Positions 62,798 through 64,000 of a stretch of DNA of 64,000 bases are shown here, one piece after another. The notes beneath the pieces are model-generated. The model had not been told where the DNA came from. It saw only the letters and a program-made list of their open reading frames with translations, and ran no database searches. The stretch spans positions 3,098 to 67,097 of the forward strand of contig JBOGET010000065.1 in assembly GCA_050741975.1 (NCBI GenBank), given 5' to 3'. Position 1 is the stretch's first letter. Each line of letters opens with the position of its first letter. The DNA is from Acidimicrobiia bacterium. Its GTDB lineage: Bacteria; Actinomycetota; Acidimicrobiia; Spongiisociales; ZC4RG35. The position numbers and the translations under genes are program-made.

Positions 62798-63124
62798 ATG
62801 GCGTCAGGAGAGTCGCCCGCCAGGGACCCGTTCGCCGCTCTCGGGGATCCCAATCGAAGGGCCATCGTCGAGCTACTCGCAGAGGCGAGTCGATCGGTGA
62901 ATGAGATCGCCGGCGAGCTTCCCATCAGCCGCCCCGCCGTCTCTCGTCATCTCAAGCTCCTCAAGGACGCCGGTCTCGTCGTCGCCGTCGCCGAGGGCAC
63001 GAGACGTCTCTACCGGCTCGACGATGCGGGGGCGGCGATGATGGCCCGATACATGGAGGACATCTGGGGGGAGGCCGTCGCCCGCTTCCGCATCGTCGTC
63101 GAGAACACCCGCCCCTCCGACTGA
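62798..63124 (+). CDS. ArsR/SmtB family transcriptional regulator
   Basis: 108 aa: FAALGDPNRRAIVELLAEASRSVNEIAGELPISRPAVSRHLKLLKDAGLV. Confidence 0.9.
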   Translation: MASGESPARDPFAALGDPNRRAIVELLAEASRSVNEIAGELPISRPAVSRHLKLLKDAGLVVAVAEGTRRLYRLDDAGAAMMARYMEDIWGEAVARFRIVVENTRPSD

Positions 63125-63555
63125 TGGAGCCGATCGTCGTCGAGTTCGATGTCAAGGCGACGCCCGAGCATGCGTTCGACGTCTGGACCTCGAAACCATC
63201 GTTGTGGTGGCCGCGGTCACACACCGTGTCCGGGGGCCCGGATCTGACGGTGGTCTTCGAGCAATTCCCAGGGGGACGGATCTACGAGCGCAGCAGCGGC
63301 GGCACCGAGCACGAGTGGGGCGAGGTGCTGATCTGGGAGCCGCCTCTTCGGGTGGGTTACCTGTGGCACCTCTTCTTCGATCGCAGCGAGGCAACGGAGA
63401 TCACTGTCACCTTCGTCGAGACTGAAGACGGATCGAGGGTGCGACTGGTCCAGACCGGCTTCGAGAAACTGGGTGAGGAGGTGGGGCGGGAGCGGCGGCG
63501 ACGCACCAATCACGCCTGGCTCGAGGTCACCGGTCACTACCGGCAGTCGGTCTAG
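63124..63555 (+). CDS. SRPBCC (AHSA1/START-like) domain protein
   Basis: 143 aa: FDVWTSKPSLWWP..GGRIYE..WGEVLIWEPP. It has a 1-nt overlap with arsR, the usual ArsR-SRPBCC pairing. Confidence 0.85.
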   Translation: MEPIVVEFDVKATPEHAFDVWTSKPSLWWPRSHTVSGGPDLTVVFEQFPGGRIYERSSGGTEHEWGEVLIWEPPLRVGYLWHLFFDRSEATEITVTFVETEDGSRVRLVQTGFEKLGEEVGRERRRRTNHAWLEVTGHYRQSV

Positions 63556-63624
63556 CTTTTCCAGCGGTACTACTGCTCGGGTCTGCTCACCGGAGCGGTG
63601 AAGCAGGGGGCTCCGTAGACCGGC

Positions 63625-63888
63625 TCAGGCGTCCTCGTCGGTCTCGATCCCGAGGGCGACGAGTATCCGATGCCTCTCCTCGGCGAAGTGACTCTGGCTG
63701 ACGAGATCCGCGGCGAACTCGTCGTTGAGACGGGCGAACTCCTCGAGGAGATCGGTCTCGTCGTCGGCGGTCAGCTTGGGCGAGGTGTCGCCCCGGGCGT
63801 CCTGCCGCTCCTGTTTGTCCTCCCGTTTCTGCTGACGGGCGAGCTCTCGTGACCGTTTCGCCATGGCCTCACGTCCTCGCTTCGCCAT
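63625..63888 (-). CDS. small charged hypothetical protein
   Basis: 87 aa with a Lys/Arg/Glu-rich N-terminus and an acidic C-terminus. Coding character is acceptable. Confidence 0.5.
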   Translation of the reverse strand: MAKRGREAMAKRSRELARQQKREDKQERQDARGDTSPKLTADDETDLLEEFARLNDEFAADLVSQSHFAEERHRILVALGIETDEDA

Positions 63889-64000
63889 GTCAGGTGGTTG
63901 GTCTGTGTTGGGCAGATTCGATCATCATCTCGGTCCTCGCTGGGCGCCGCTCTCCCAATGACCCTAACCGGCGGTGGGGCTTCCGCCAGGCAGGATCGTG

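Overview
Dense, high-GC (about two-thirds G+C by eye) actinobacterial-type chromosomal segment with about 70 protein genes. I could find no rRNA, tRNA, CRISPR array, transposase, integrase or phage genes. Most ORFs in the six-frame track are antisense or alternate-frame artefacts of the GC content, so I kept one ORF per locus and trimmed several to internal starts that have a Shine-Dalgarno sequence or a stop/start overlap. Content: central and salvage metabolism (tkt, msrA, maf, dus, hutU, deoD, NCS2 purine permease, aldehyde dehydrogenase, GH15 plus glucose dehydrogenase); two ECF sigma factors; a stand-alone Prim-Pol and ATP-dependent ligase pair with no Ku in the window; cell-wall enzymes (SLT transglycosylase, Amidase_3, two S41 peptidases); six ABC systems. 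Leads worth following: (1) an ECF sigma translationally coupled to an Ogt-type MGMT that carries a C-terminal Ada-like Zn(Cys)4 module and no HTH, a candidate sigma-based alkylation response; (2) the Prim-Pol and ligase genes are separated by a four-gene ABC-2 operon bracketed by two copies of a modular GC-rich hairpin repeat; (3) a second 25-nt repeat at two convergent gene ends, coding in one copy and non-coding in the other; (4) a fusion of a small N-terminal domain to a class III cyclase domain with an altered catalytic motif; (5) a frameshifted VOC gene with a 21-bp tandem duplication; (6) clear operator and promoter candidates for a TetR-ABC operon and an ArsR operon. All family calls come from reading the translations by eye. 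No database search was run.
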